A stretch of DNA of 64,000 nt from a bacterium (lineage in GTDB: Bacteria > Patescibacteriota > Patescibacteriia > Patescibacteriales > XYC2-FULL-47-12), in contig JAUYLZ010000033.1 in assembly GCA_030698385.1 (NCBI GenBank), positions 9,905-73,904 on the forward strand. Direction: 5' to 3'. Below are positions 45,640 through 54,559 of the stretch, one piece after another. The translations under genes were made by a program, and so were the position numbers. Within the stretch, counting starts at the first letter, position 1. Every line of letters begins with the position of its first letter. The notes beneath the pieces were generated by a model that saw only the letters and a list, made by a program, of their open reading frames with translations, ran no database searches and was not told the origin of the DNA.

Positions 45640-46029
45640 TTATTTACTAAAATCCAAAGCGCCGGAATTGATGCAATACCTCTGTCCGGTCGGTTTTGGC
45701 CCGTCCGGAAAAACGTGGCCCAAATGTCCGCCGCAACGCGCACACGTCACCTCCATGCGCGTCATGCCGCCCGAGGCGTCTTCACGCAACTCAACGGCGC
45801 CAGAGTGCGCCACTTCGTAAAAACTAGGCCAGCCGGTGCCACTGTCAAATTTGGCGTTGGAAGAAAACAGTTCGGCGCCGCAACCGGCGCAGACATATCT
45901 GCCTTTATCGTGATTATCATGGTACTTGCCGGTAAAAGCCGCTTCCGTCCCCTCTTCGCGCAAAATTTTATATTGCTCCGGCGTTAATTTTTTTTTCCAC
46001 TCTTGGTTAGTTTTATTTATCGTAATCAT
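45640..46029 (-). CDS. msrB: peptide-methionine (R)-S-oxide reductase MsrB
   Basis: 129 aa. Two CxxC zinc motifs ([21 protein letters not shown]) and RYCINSA-like catalytic region. Confidence 0.9.
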   Translation of the reverse strand: MITINKTNQEWKKKLTPEQYKILREEGTEAAFTGKYHDNHDKGRYVCAGCGAELFSSNAKFDSGTGWPSFYEVAHSGAVELREDASGGMTRMEVTCARCGGHLGHVFPDGPKPTGQRYCINSGALDFSK

Positions 46030-46087
46030 GTTAATTTTTACTTCTTAACTTAAAAACTTCGTACTTCATACTTCTTACTTCTTACTT

Positions 46088-47758
46088 CTAAATTCCTCTC
46101 GCTTCGCTGACATCGTCTGTTTCAATTTTTTCACGCTTAAACTTTGAACGAATGCTACGGATGAAATTCAATAATTCTTCAGACTTTAACAGCCAGCAAA
46201 CTATTATAAAAATTATTATGCCAAAACTACCGGCTAAAAATCCTTGCGTCAACACACCCCAGAACTTCGTCATATTAACCAATGGTTCAATTAAAAACTT
46301 AACCGCTTGAATGCTAATGCCGGCGGCAATGCTGGCCAAAGAAATTTTTAATGTTGACATCAGAATGCGCACTTCATCAAGATTGCCAAACTCTGCCTTG
46401 AGCAATATCCACAACAAAGCGAAATTTATAATCATACTGATAGAAAATGCCAGCGCCAAACCGGCAACGCCCAGAGGCTGACAGATATTTGCCGCTCCGC
46501 AAGCTATGATGCTTGGTAAATACAAACTTAAACCCAAATTAACCACTACCGCGAATAGCCCGACATAAAAAGGCGTTTTGCTGTTTTTTTGCACATAAAA
46601 CATACGAACAAGCAATGGAATAATTGCCTGCGCGAACAGACTTAAGCAAAAATAAGTCAAGGTATTAATTGTCAAAATCGTATCCTGCCAGTCAAACGCG
46701 CCCGCGCCAAGAATGACACGAATGATTTGCGCGCGCAAAGTCAGTATCAAAACCGTAGCTGGTAAAATGAAAAAAATGATTTGACGCAATACTTTGGAAA
46801 AATTCTTAATCAGCACGCCCCGGTCATCAGCCAAAGCCGACAAAGTTGGAAAAGCGGCAATCGCGAACGAGATGCCGAAGATGCCGACCGGAAATGATTG
46901 TAAATTATTAGCGAAATTAAATACTGCCAAACTGCCGGCCGCCAGTGTTGAAGCAATTATAGTTATCACAACTAAATTAACCTGCATCACCGCCAGACTC
47001 AACGTGCGCGGAACCATCATTATGGCAATCTGACGAATATACTTATTGCGCCAATTAAAAACCGGCTGCCAGCGCCAGCCCAATGAAAAAACGGTCGGCA
47101 CTTGAATCAGTAAATGCATCAGCGCGCCAAAAACAACTCCGTAAGCCAAACCATACACTCCCCAAATCGGCGTAAAGTATAGAGCGCCAATGATAATCCC
47201 TATGTTGTAAATAATCGGCGCCAGCGAATACACGAAGAATCGCTTAAAAGACTGCAACACTCCGCCAAAGACCGAACTTAAGCCCAGAAACAGCGGCGAC
47301 AAAAACATTATCCGAGTCAGGTTCACGGTGATCAATTGAGCATCAGCGTCAAACCCCGGCGCCAACAATTTCGTAAGTGGTTCGGCAAATATTACCAAAA
47401 CCAGTGACGTAACAATTAATAAACTGCCAAGAATGTTTAAAGCAATGTTGGCCACTAGCCAGGCTTCGTTATTTTCTTTGTCAGTAATTTTTTTAATTAT
47501 TGACCGGTGATTAATCAAAGCCGCAAAAACCGGAATGAATCCGGCTGAAAGCGCGCCCAATACCAAAAGATTATAAATAAGATCCGGAACGCGAAAGGCC
47601 GCGTAGTACATATCAAGAGTCGAACCGGCGCCGAATTCGGAGGCCAAAATTCTATCGCGAAATATACCTAAAAAACGGCTGGCTAGCGATGCCGCCGCGA
47701 CAATAACCGCCGCAACCGTTATAGAGTTTATTTTTGAAGTAAATAACTTGCTTATCAT
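46088..47758 (-). CDS. murJ: lipid II flippase MurJ (MviN)
   Basis: 556 aa, 14 TM. N-terminal SRFLGIFRDRILASEFGAGSTLDMYYAAFRVPDLIYNLL MurJ motif. Confidence 0.85.
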   Translation of the reverse strand: MISKLFTSKINSITVAAVIVAAASLASRFLGIFRDRILASEFGAGSTLDMYYAAFRVPDLIYNLLVLGALSAGFIPVFAALINHRSIIKKITDKENNEAWLVANIALNILGSLLIVTSLVLVIFAEPLTKLLAPGFDADAQLITVNLTRIMFLSPLFLGLSSVFGGVLQSFKRFFVYSLAPIIYNIGIIIGALYFTPIWGVYGLAYGVVFGALMHLLIQVPTVFSLGWRWQPVFNWRNKYIRQIAIMMVPRTLSLAVMQVNLVVITIIASTLAAGSLAVFNFANNLQSFPVGIFGISFAIAAFPTLSALADDRGVLIKNFSKVLRQIIFFILPATVLILTLRAQIIRVILGAGAFDWQDTILTINTLTYFCLSLFAQAIIPLLVRMFYVQKNSKTPFYVGLFAVVVNLGLSLYLPSIIACGAANICQPLGVAGLALAFSISMIINFALLWILLKAEFGNLDEVRILMSTLKISLASIAAGISIQAVKFLIEPLVNMTKFWGVLTQGFLAGSFGIIIFIIVCWLLKSEELLNFIRSIRSKFKREKIETDDVSEARGI

Positions 47759-47764
47759 CTAATC

Positions 47765-48252
47765 CTACTAATTACGAATTAACTACAAATTTACCAATCG
47801 CTTCTACAGAAACTTTGATAAATTTACTAAACGCATAAATTTTACTCCATGTGGCGTAAAGTTTGCTAAAATAGCAAGCTTTAAATTAGTGGCCTTAAGA
47901 TACGCATTTACCTGATCTATGTTTTGCTTATTGAAGTAATTACCTTTTTTTAGTTCAAGTATCACCTTGCCGGCAACCAAAAAATCAAGATAATACCTGC
48001 CAATAATTTTACCATTAGATCTGATTATGTATGGTACTTGTCTTTTAAATATTAATTCTTTTACTTTAAAATTATTAGCGACAGCTCTTTCGTAATATTT
48101 CTCTTGGTATCCATATCCCAATTCGTTAAAGACAGAATATAATACGCCAACAATTTTATAACTCAAATCTGGATAGACCAAATCCTCCCTAATAACTCGA
48201 CGAGAATACATAGATAGTTATTAGTATATTCGAAATAATTAGTAATTAGTAG
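47765..48252 (-). mobile_element. TIR-bounded mini-cassette D carrying an intact GxxExxY gene
   Basis: 16-bp terminal inverted repeats ctactaattacgaatt (47765-47780) and aattagtaattagtag (48237-48252; 15/16 match). The right repeat abuts the rseP stop codon (48253) and the left repeat starts 6 bp after the murJ start codon (47758). Confidence 0.45.
47804..48211 (-). CDS. GxxExxY protein (TIGR04256-like, PD-(D/E)XK fold)
   Basis: 135 aa. LSYKIVGVLYSVFNELGYGYQEKYYE ... GRYYLDFLVAGKVILELKK ... VNAYLKATNLKLAILANF family consensus. Confidence 0.8.
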   Translation of the reverse strand: MYSRRVIREDLVYPDLSYKIVGVLYSVFNELGYGYQEKYYERAVANNFKVKELIFKRQVPYIIRSNGKIIGRYYLDFLVAGKVILELKKGNYFNKQNIDQVNAYLKATNLKLAILANFTPHGVKFMRLVNLSKFL

Positions 48253-49422
48253 TTAGCTGAAGAACTTAGTAATGTCGCGATAAGTAACTAAAATGACGAG
48301 AAATATGAGCAAGGCAAAACCGGCGTTATGAATAAAAGCTTCGACTTTTTCCGGCACGGCCCGGCCCCGAATTTTTTCAATGATTAAAAATAAAACCCGC
48401 CCGCCGTCCAAAGCCGGAAACGGCAAATAGTTTAGTATTGCCAAGTTGACAGATAATATCGCCGTGAACTGCAATAAATAGACAAATCCCAACTGAGCCA
48501 TCTGACCAGTAATGGTTGCAATGCCGACCGGTCCGGACAAACTCTGGCTAACCCCGACGCCGGTAAAAATATCTCTAAACAACCCATAAAAAGCGGCGAT
48601 GATAAACCAGATCAAAAATACCGTGGATTTAATTCCCTCCCAAATCGCTCGGTACCAAGGAAAACTTACTAAACCGGTCTCCGCGATGGCAACGCCAATG
48701 CCAACCTCATCGCTCTCTCCCAAAACCTTGGGTGTTATCGCCAAATCAAACTCTTCACGGCCGCGTCTTAATTGATAATCAAGCTCTTGCCCCGCCTTGT
48801 CAGCTAAAAAAGCCTGTAACTGTGTATAGTTGCTAAACTGCTGGTTATTAATGCTCAAAATCACATCGCCAAACTGAACGCCAGCATTGGCCGCGGCTGA
48901 ATCTGGCAGTACCTGCATTATCTGAATGTTACGATCGCGCACTATCGCGGCCGGACTGACGCCATCCAAGTCCTGAGGCAGTCCCAACATATAACCAAGT
49001 GAAATAAAGAGAGCGGCAATGATTATATTCATAGTTACTCCGGCTGACAAAATAATACAGCGCTTCCAGATTTTTTGGTGACCAAAGCTATCGGTTTCGT
49101 CTTTGCTGTCTCCTTGTTCTCCTTTTATTTTTACAAAACCGCCCAATGGCAGCCAATTTATGGAATACACCGTGCCGTCAGCGTCATCAACTTCTCTGCT
49201 GCCCCAAACCACCTTCCACTTTCTTGATTTCTTTGGCGCCTCACTTTCATCAGCGCCGGCTTTATTAATCGGACGATAAATACCAATCGCGCGCGGCGGA
49301 AAGCCCCAGCCAAACTCCGGACAACTAACGCCGAATTTTCGCGCGGTCCAAAAATGGCCTATTTCATGAGCGAAGACAAGAATGGATAAAATTACGATAA
49401 ATATAATAATAGTGGTAAACAT
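48253..49422 (-). CDS. rseP: RIP metalloprotease RseP (site-2 protease, M50) with PDZ domain
   Basis: 389 aa. HEIGHFWTARKFGV HExxH in TM1, PDZ (AANAGVQFGDVILSINNQQF), LDG motif ALDGGR. Confidence 0.85.
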   Translation of the reverse strand: MFTTIIIFIVILSILVFAHEIGHFWTARKFGVSCPEFGWGFPPRAIGIYRPINKAGADESEAPKKSRKWKVVWGSREVDDADGTVYSINWLPLGGFVKIKGEQGDSKDETDSFGHQKIWKRCIILSAGVTMNIIIAALFISLGYMLGLPQDLDGVSPAAIVRDRNIQIMQVLPDSAAANAGVQFGDVILSINNQQFSNYTQLQAFLADKAGQELDYQLRRGREEFDLAITPKVLGESDEVGIGVAIAETGLVSFPWYRAIWEGIKSTVFLIWFIIAAFYGLFRDIFTGVGVSQSLSGPVGIATITGQMAQLGFVYLLQFTAILSVNLAILNYLPFPALDGGRVLFLIIEKIRGRAVPEKVEAFIHNAGFALLIFLVILVTYRDITKFFS

Positions 49423-49617
49423 AATTTTTTATTTTTTATTTATAAACTCATTTTGATACTATACTATAAAGGTAACCTTTTTACAATTAGTTGTTAAAAT
49501 AATCGTTAATTCTTTAAAAAAATTATAACCTTTCTGATTCATTGACAAAAATTAAATATTTTGCTATTATCTACAATATTTGCACCTTAGAAAATATATA
49601 TATAAAAGGAGATAAAA

Positions 49618-50106
49618 ATGAAGAAAAAAACTGGATTGGCTTTGGCGGACTTACTGATAATTATACTCCTCATAGTCATACTTGGTTTAAGTTTGTTCTT
49701 AAGTTTGTTTCTTAATTTGAAAGATGCGCGAAAAAATAATGAAGAAAATGAAAAAATGGCTCTGCAGTGGTTACAAAAAGAAACTAAACGCAAAGAAAAT
49801 AAGCTGGCGGGAAAACCAGAAGCGGAAGAGTTTGAAATCTTGCCTAAAACCACGCCGCTAATTAAAACAGATACAGATATTGAAATTGTTGACCCAATCT
49901 CGGATGGCGATGGACTAAATGCCTATCATCAAAACATTCTTTTTTTCCCGGCCACCGGCAATGTTTTTCGCGCCAGCTTGCGAGCATATATGGATAAAAA
50001 TTATCAATCAGAGACATGCTACCTAAAAGTTATTACTGCCTTCCCCGATCATGACAAATGGAATAACGGAACTACCGTAGTTATTGAACAAGTTAGAACT
50101 GACTAA
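49618..50106 (+). CDS. hypothetical membrane-anchored exported protein
   Basis: 162 aa. RBS aaaggagat. N-terminal TM. No motif. Confidence 0.5.
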   Translation: MKKKTGLALADLLIIILLIVILGLSLFLSLFLNLKDARKNNEENEKMALQWLQKETKRKENKLAGKPEAEEFEILPKTTPLIKTDTDIEIVDPISDGDGLNAYHQNILFFPATGNVFRASLRAYMDKNYQSETCYLKVITAFPDHDKWNNGTTVVIEQVRTD

Positions 50107-50124
50107 ATAAAAAGGAGAGAGAGA

Positions 50125-50454
50125 ATGAAGACAGAACAGGTAAAAAATATTATACTTTGTATTCTTATTGCACTTTTTTTTGGCCAGACCATACTATCTT
50201 TTTCAGTAAGTGGTGGAGTTGCTAAAAATCAACCAGAGCAAGTTGTTATACCACATTATCATGGTAATGACATCTATGTTTTTCCCACCACTAACCCAGA
50301 ATCGTTGGCGGCCAGCATTTCCGACTTTATTAACAAAAATAAAGTTGAGAGTGAGTATGTCTTTGAGGTACTGGCCATAACCAGCACTCAAGGTTATAAA
50401 AAATCTCTTGTTTGCTTCCGAAAAACGCCGATACTGTGGCCGAAAGAAAACTAA
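50125..50454 (+). CDS. hypothetical secreted protein
   Basis: 109 aa. RBS aaaggagagag. Signal-peptide-like N-terminus. Confidence 0.5.
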   Translation: MKTEQVKNIILCILIALFFGQTILSFSVSGGVAKNQPEQVVIPHYHGNDIYVFPTTNPESLAASISDFINKNKVESEYVFEVLAITSTQGYKKSLVCFRKTPILWPKEN

Positions 50455-50546
50455 CAAATGAACACTTCAAATCCATTCCAAAACACCGGAATGGATTTTT
50501 TTATACATTAGTAAATCTGCATTCTGAAATTTACAATCTAAAATCA

Positions 50547-51101
50547 TTAAATTGTCATAATATCTTTTTCCTTTTTGTCTCTAATCGCTTCAAGCTCTTC
50601 ATTGCGCTTTTTTATCTCTTCTTCCATTTCTTTTAAAAATCTGAATTTATCGTCTTCGGCTATTTCTTTGTCGCTTTCCGCCTGCTCAATGGTTTTTTTA
50701 ATATCATCGCGTGTCTGGCGAATTTTGATGTGTGCTTGCTCCAGTTTTTCATTTAATTTTTTCACCCGATTTATTCTATCCTCCTCAGTCGGCTTGGGGA
50801 TGCTGATTCTTACTTGTTCGCCTTCATTGACAGGGTTAAGGCCAAGATCAGCGTCCACAATTCCCTTTTCAATATCTTTGAGCGTGCCCTTGTCCCACGG
50901 TTTTACAACCATGCAATTGGCGTCAACGACAGAAATATTGGCTAATTGCTGCAGTGACACCTTGCTGCCGTAGGACTCAACCTGCACGCTGTCAAGCATT
51001 GCCGGATTAGCGCGTCCGGTTTGGATTGAGCTGATATCGCGCCGAAAAAATTCAATTATGTTTTTTAAATCCTCCTCATGTAACGAAATGTAATTATTCA
51101 T
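50547..51101 (-). CDS. frr: ribosome recycling factor
   Basis: 184 aa. SSIQTGRANPAMLDSVQVESYG ... QLANISVVDA ... charged C-terminal helix. Confidence 0.95.
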   Translation of the reverse strand: MNNYISLHEEDLKNIIEFFRRDISSIQTGRANPAMLDSVQVESYGSKVSLQQLANISVVDANCMVVKPWDKGTLKDIEKGIVDADLGLNPVNEGEQVRISIPKPTEEDRINRVKKLNEKLEQAHIKIRQTRDDIKKTIEQAESDKEIAEDDKFRFLKEMEEEIKKRNEELEAIRDKKEKDIMTI

Positions 51102-51114
51102 ATGTTTTTTTTAA

Positions 51115-52269
51115 TTATTTTTTTTCTTCTAATAAAAATACTCCTAAATAGACAATATTTGAATTATGTGAATCTAAAACCAGCGCTGAACCCTTGCGCT
51201 CGCTAGGGAGAACTTTTGACTCCCAGGTGCGGCCGCCGTTCCGGCTGACGCCCAAAGTGGTATCAGTCACATAGTAAATAACGTTCGTATCAAAAACAGC
51301 CATGGCTATTTTATTAATCGGCGTCCGCTGTGAAGGCGGGATTAGCGCGACATTATCCCAGCTTTCGCCCAGGTCAGCGCTTTTCAAAATACCGGCATCA
51401 GTCGCGACAATAATGGTTCGCCCGTCGATTTGAGCGATAGCCATGTCGCGAATGCGCACCGCCTGCGGGTTTATTTCAAAAAAATCATCTCGATAGTGCT
51501 TCCAGCTGGCGCCACCGTCAAGCGAACGATAAATAGCGTCCCCTTCGGTCGATACCCACAAATTTTTGGTATTGCGCGGATTTACCAAAATGCGGTTTAC
51601 AACCGTGCTACCCATGCCGCTGCGGCTCGTCCGGTTGGCGGGTATATCAAAACGGTATTTGGCAATCCATGACTTGCCTGAATCCTTACTCTCCAGAAGC
51701 TCACTGCGTGAAGTTCCGGCGTAGACTATAGCGGAATTAGTCGGATCAACGGTGATGGTATTAATCTTTGTTGCCGGATCATTATCATTATAAGTCTGGT
51801 GCCAGGTTCGCGCGCAGTCTACCGATTTGTAGATCTTGTTGGTCGAAGCCACAAAAATAACGCACTTATTTTCATGACTGACAACAATGTCATTGATAGT
51901 GATTTTTTTCAGACTGGTCGCCGTCGTCCAGCTCTGCGCTCCGTCGTAGGTATAGATCAAACCGCCTTGATTAATACCGGCATAAAAAGCATTGTCGTCG
52001 TTTGGGTCAATGGCCAGAACCGTAATATTGCCGGAGGTAAAAGTCGGAATATTCGGACTAACCGTATTTATCAAAGACACCTGCTTCCAGGTATTGCCGA
52101 AATCAACGCTTTTGTATATGCCGCCATTTGTCAGCGTCACATTGCTCTGCGCGCTGGGAGACTTAAAACTCACTCCGCAGCCGGAGGCTAATACGGAGAT
52201 TATAAATAAAAATATAAAAATTTTTACTCCTTGAAATTTTTTCATAATAGTTCTGATCGCGTGAAGCAA
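51115..52269 (-). CDS. BNR/Asp-box repeat lipoprotein (Ycf48-like beta-propeller)
   Basis: 384 aa. Lipobox LASGC. At least six S-x-D-x-G-x-T/S-W repeats (SVDFGNTW, SVDCARTW, SKDSGKSW, SLDGGASW, SADLGESW, SRNGGRTW). Confidence 0.65.
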   Translation of the reverse strand: MLHAIRTIMKKFQGVKIFIFLFIISVLASGCGVSFKSPSAQSNVTLTNGGIYKSVDFGNTWKQVSLINTVSPNIPTFTSGNITVLAIDPNDDNAFYAGINQGGLIYTYDGAQSWTTATSLKKITINDIVVSHENKCVIFVASTNKIYKSVDCARTWHQTYNDNDPATKINTITVDPTNSAIVYAGTSRSELLESKDSGKSWIAKYRFDIPANRTSRSGMGSTVVNRILVNPRNTKNLWVSTEGDAIYRSLDGGASWKHYRDDFFEINPQAVRIRDMAIAQIDGRTIIVATDAGILKSADLGESWDNVALIPPSQRTPINKIAMAVFDTNVIYYVTDTTLGVSRNGGRTWESKVLPSERKGSALVLDSHNSNIVYLGVFLLEEKK

Positions 52270-52303
52270 TCCTAAATAAATTATTTTTTTGTAATAATGA
52301 TAA

Positions 52304-53314
52304 CTACTGGTAGTATAATTGTTCCAAAGCCAACTTTGGATTGACCGAAGCGTCTAAATACAACCTTGTTTTTTCCAAATTTTTATTGAATTCTATCAGT
52401 TCAGCAATTGTGATTGAAGTTTCTTTTATTTTTTCCAATAAATGCTGGTTGGCTGCCAAGTGTTCCTGCCCATAAGCAATGATTAATAAATCACGGATGA
52501 CGCTTTGCCAAAGATCAATAATTTCCTCGGCTTTTTTGCGCTCATCTTTTTTGCTTGTCTTGGCGAGCAAACTTGAACAAATTTTAATTTTGCCTTTCAA
52601 GTCGGCTGAAAATAAATTCAGAAGCTCCGCGGTCGTCGCGCGGATTTCTGCCAAGTAGCCCCTGTCTTCAAAAATCTTCGCCGCCCTGGCCGGACGGCTT
52701 AATGACAGATTGGCGAAATCACGGGCATCAGTGCGTGAAGCGCTAAAACAGTCAACCAAATAATCATTTATATCATTAACAGCAACTGATCGAAATGTCA
52801 GCACCTGCGCTCTGGAAACTATGGTCGTCGGCAGTTTTTCAAGCTCAGTCGCCAAAAGAATAATAATTATATTTTTCTTTGACTCCTCCAGCGTCTTTAG
52901 CAACGCGTTGGCCGCCTGATCGCTGAGTTTGTCCGCTTCTTTGATAATGCCAATTTTATAGATACCGACAAATGTGCCCAGACGCATAATATTGATAAAT
53001 TCCCTAACCTGATCAATACTGATGTTTTTTTTGTCCTCTTGTCTTTGCAAATAATGCACGTCGCTATGAATTTCCTTATAAACTTGGCGGCAACTAACGC
53101 ACTCCTGACAGGGCAACTTGCCGCTTTTTTTTAAATTATCACAAAGTAAAGTAGCGCCAAAATGTTTCGTAACCGTTGACTTCCCTACCTCAGCCAAACC
53201 CGTAAAGATATAACAATGGGCCAGCTTATCATTCACAATGCTGGCTTGCAAAAATTCAATAATATGCTGATTGCCAAAAAAAGGCCAATCAAACTGATAT
53301 TGGCTTACTTCCAT
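52304..53314 (-). CDS. holB: DNA polymerase III delta-prime subunit (clamp loader AAA+)
   Basis: 336 aa. HCYIFTGLAEVGKST P-loop variant, CxxC zinc module (CQECVSCRQV), sensor motifs. Short length fits delta-prime rather than tau. Confidence 0.7.
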   Translation of the reverse strand: MEVSQYQFDWPFFGNQHIIEFLQASIVNDKLAHCYIFTGLAEVGKSTVTKHFGATLLCDNLKKSGKLPCQECVSCRQVYKEIHSDVHYLQRQEDKKNISIDQVREFINIMRLGTFVGIYKIGIIKEADKLSDQAANALLKTLEESKKNIIIILLATELEKLPTTIVSRAQVLTFRSVAVNDINDYLVDCFSASRTDARDFANLSLSRPARAAKIFEDRGYLAEIRATTAELLNLFSADLKGKIKICSSLLAKTSKKDERKKAEEIIDLWQSVIRDLLIIAYGQEHLAANQHLLEKIKETSITIAELIEFNKNLEKTRLYLDASVNPKLALEQLYYQ

Positions 53315-53459
53315 ATCTAAACTATACCAGAATTTTTTATTGAAATCAAATATATTTAAAAATTTGCAGATTAGCTATATTACGTTATACTATAAGTATT
53401 ATACTAAGTGTTTAACACTTAAAATCGATCTTTTAGAATTAAAGGAGAAAATAAAAATC

Positions 53460-54386
53460 ATGAAAAAAAAATTATGGATTGCGCTGACAATGACAAGGTT
53501 CTTTGCCATAAACTTGTTAGGTCTGCTCGGATTACTATGGTTTGCGGCGGGACTTGGTAATTTTGAAATTACCCTTCCCTTCATTGGCGCAGTTCCGCCA
53601 ATGAGCTGGCCGGCGATTTTTTGCAATATTGCTTTGTTCTTTATCATAATGTTTGGCATCACTGGCGGCTATCATCGGTATTTTTCTCATCGCACTTACA
53701 AAACCTGGCGCTGGTTCCAAGCAGTGCTAGCGCTCTTAGGTAGTCTGGCGGCGCAATGGGGTCCTATTTTATGGACGTACCATCATCGCCTGCACCATAA
53801 ATATTCAGATAAAGAGCTTGACTTGCATTCACCTGTACAAAAAGGCTTCTGGTGGGCGCATCTACTGTGGATATTCTTCCAAATAAAATTGCCGGAAAAA
53901 ATATACTATGCAAATGCAACTACACTACAACGAATATGGTACTGGATTGTTCCGCCAGCGAATGTCTACCCTAAAGAAGTTAAAGATTGGACACGGTTCT
54001 GGGAACTGCGTCTCCTGGATAGATGGTGGATTGTTCCACCGATACTGCTGGGAGTTGCGATGTATTATTTTTTAGGTCTCGCTGGCCTATTTGCGTTCTT
54101 TACCTGCATTGTATGCACGTGGCATGCGACCTTTACTATTAATTCGGTAACCCATATCTTTGGGTCGCGCCGCTTTGACACTAAAGATAATAGCCGCAAT
54201 GTCTGGTGGCTATGGCTATTTACCATGGGAGAGAACTGGCATAACAATCACCACGATAATCCTACAGCGGAACCTCAGGGAATGTATTGGTGGGAGATAG
54301 ACTTAACTCACTACATTATAGTGTTTCTTTCATGGATAAAATTTGTCCAAGAAATAAAAACACGCAAGACATTACAAAAAATATAA
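53460..54386 (+). CDS. membrane fatty acid desaturase (acyl-lipid/acyl-CoA delta-9-like, three His boxes)
   Basis: Start taken at ATG 53460 with RBS aaaggag at 53441-47 (track ORF begins at a TTG at 53340). His boxes HRYFSH, HHRLHH, HNNHH with 4 TM in the desaturase arrangement. Confidence 0.8.
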   Translation: MKKKLWIALTMTRFFAINLLGLLGLLWFAAGLGNFEITLPFIGAVPPMSWPAIFCNIALFFIIMFGITGGYHRYFSHRTYKTWRWFQAVLALLGSLAAQWGPILWTYHHRLHHKYSDKELDLHSPVQKGFWWAHLLWIFFQIKLPEKIYYANATTLQRIWYWIVPPANVYPKEVKDWTRFWELRLLDRWWIVPPILLGVAMYYFLGLAGLFAFFTCIVCTWHATFTINSVTHIFGSRRFDTKDNSRNVWWLWLFTMGENWHNNHHDNPTAEPQGMYWWEIDLTHYIIVFLSWIKFVQEIKTRKTLQKI

Positions 54387-54403
54387 CTAAAAAACATAGA
54401 TCT

Positions 54404-54441
54404 TTAACTCCGTTTGCCTCGCCGGTAACCGGAGTTTTTTT
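54404..54441 (+). terminator. intrinsic terminator after desaturase
   Basis: aactccg...ccggtaaccgg...cggagtt hairpin followed by T7. Confidence 0.5.
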
Positions 54442-54559
54442 ATAGCTTGAAAATATTGTAAAAATAATATATGGTTACTATACGTTCTTTTAAAACAAGA
54501 TAGTTTTTAAACTATTTTTAGATATATTTTTGAGATCAAAAAAAGATTGGAGAAAAAAA

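Noticed and set aside
49587-49853. 88-aa minus-strand ORF
   Set aside because: Overlaps the + strand gene 49618..50106, which has a strong RBS and signal-peptide-like N-terminus. Minus ORF product is low-complexity.
53340-53459. N-terminal extension of the desaturase ORF from a TTG at 53340
   Set aside because: No RBS at 53340. A strong aaaggag RBS precedes ATG 53460, and the extension is low-complexity (MKSNIFKNLQISYITLYYKYY...).
54530-54559. Upstream ATG for the radical SAM gene
   Set aside because: The MRSKKDWRKK extension has no RBS. The internal ATG at 54560 is 7-10 nt after a GGAG.
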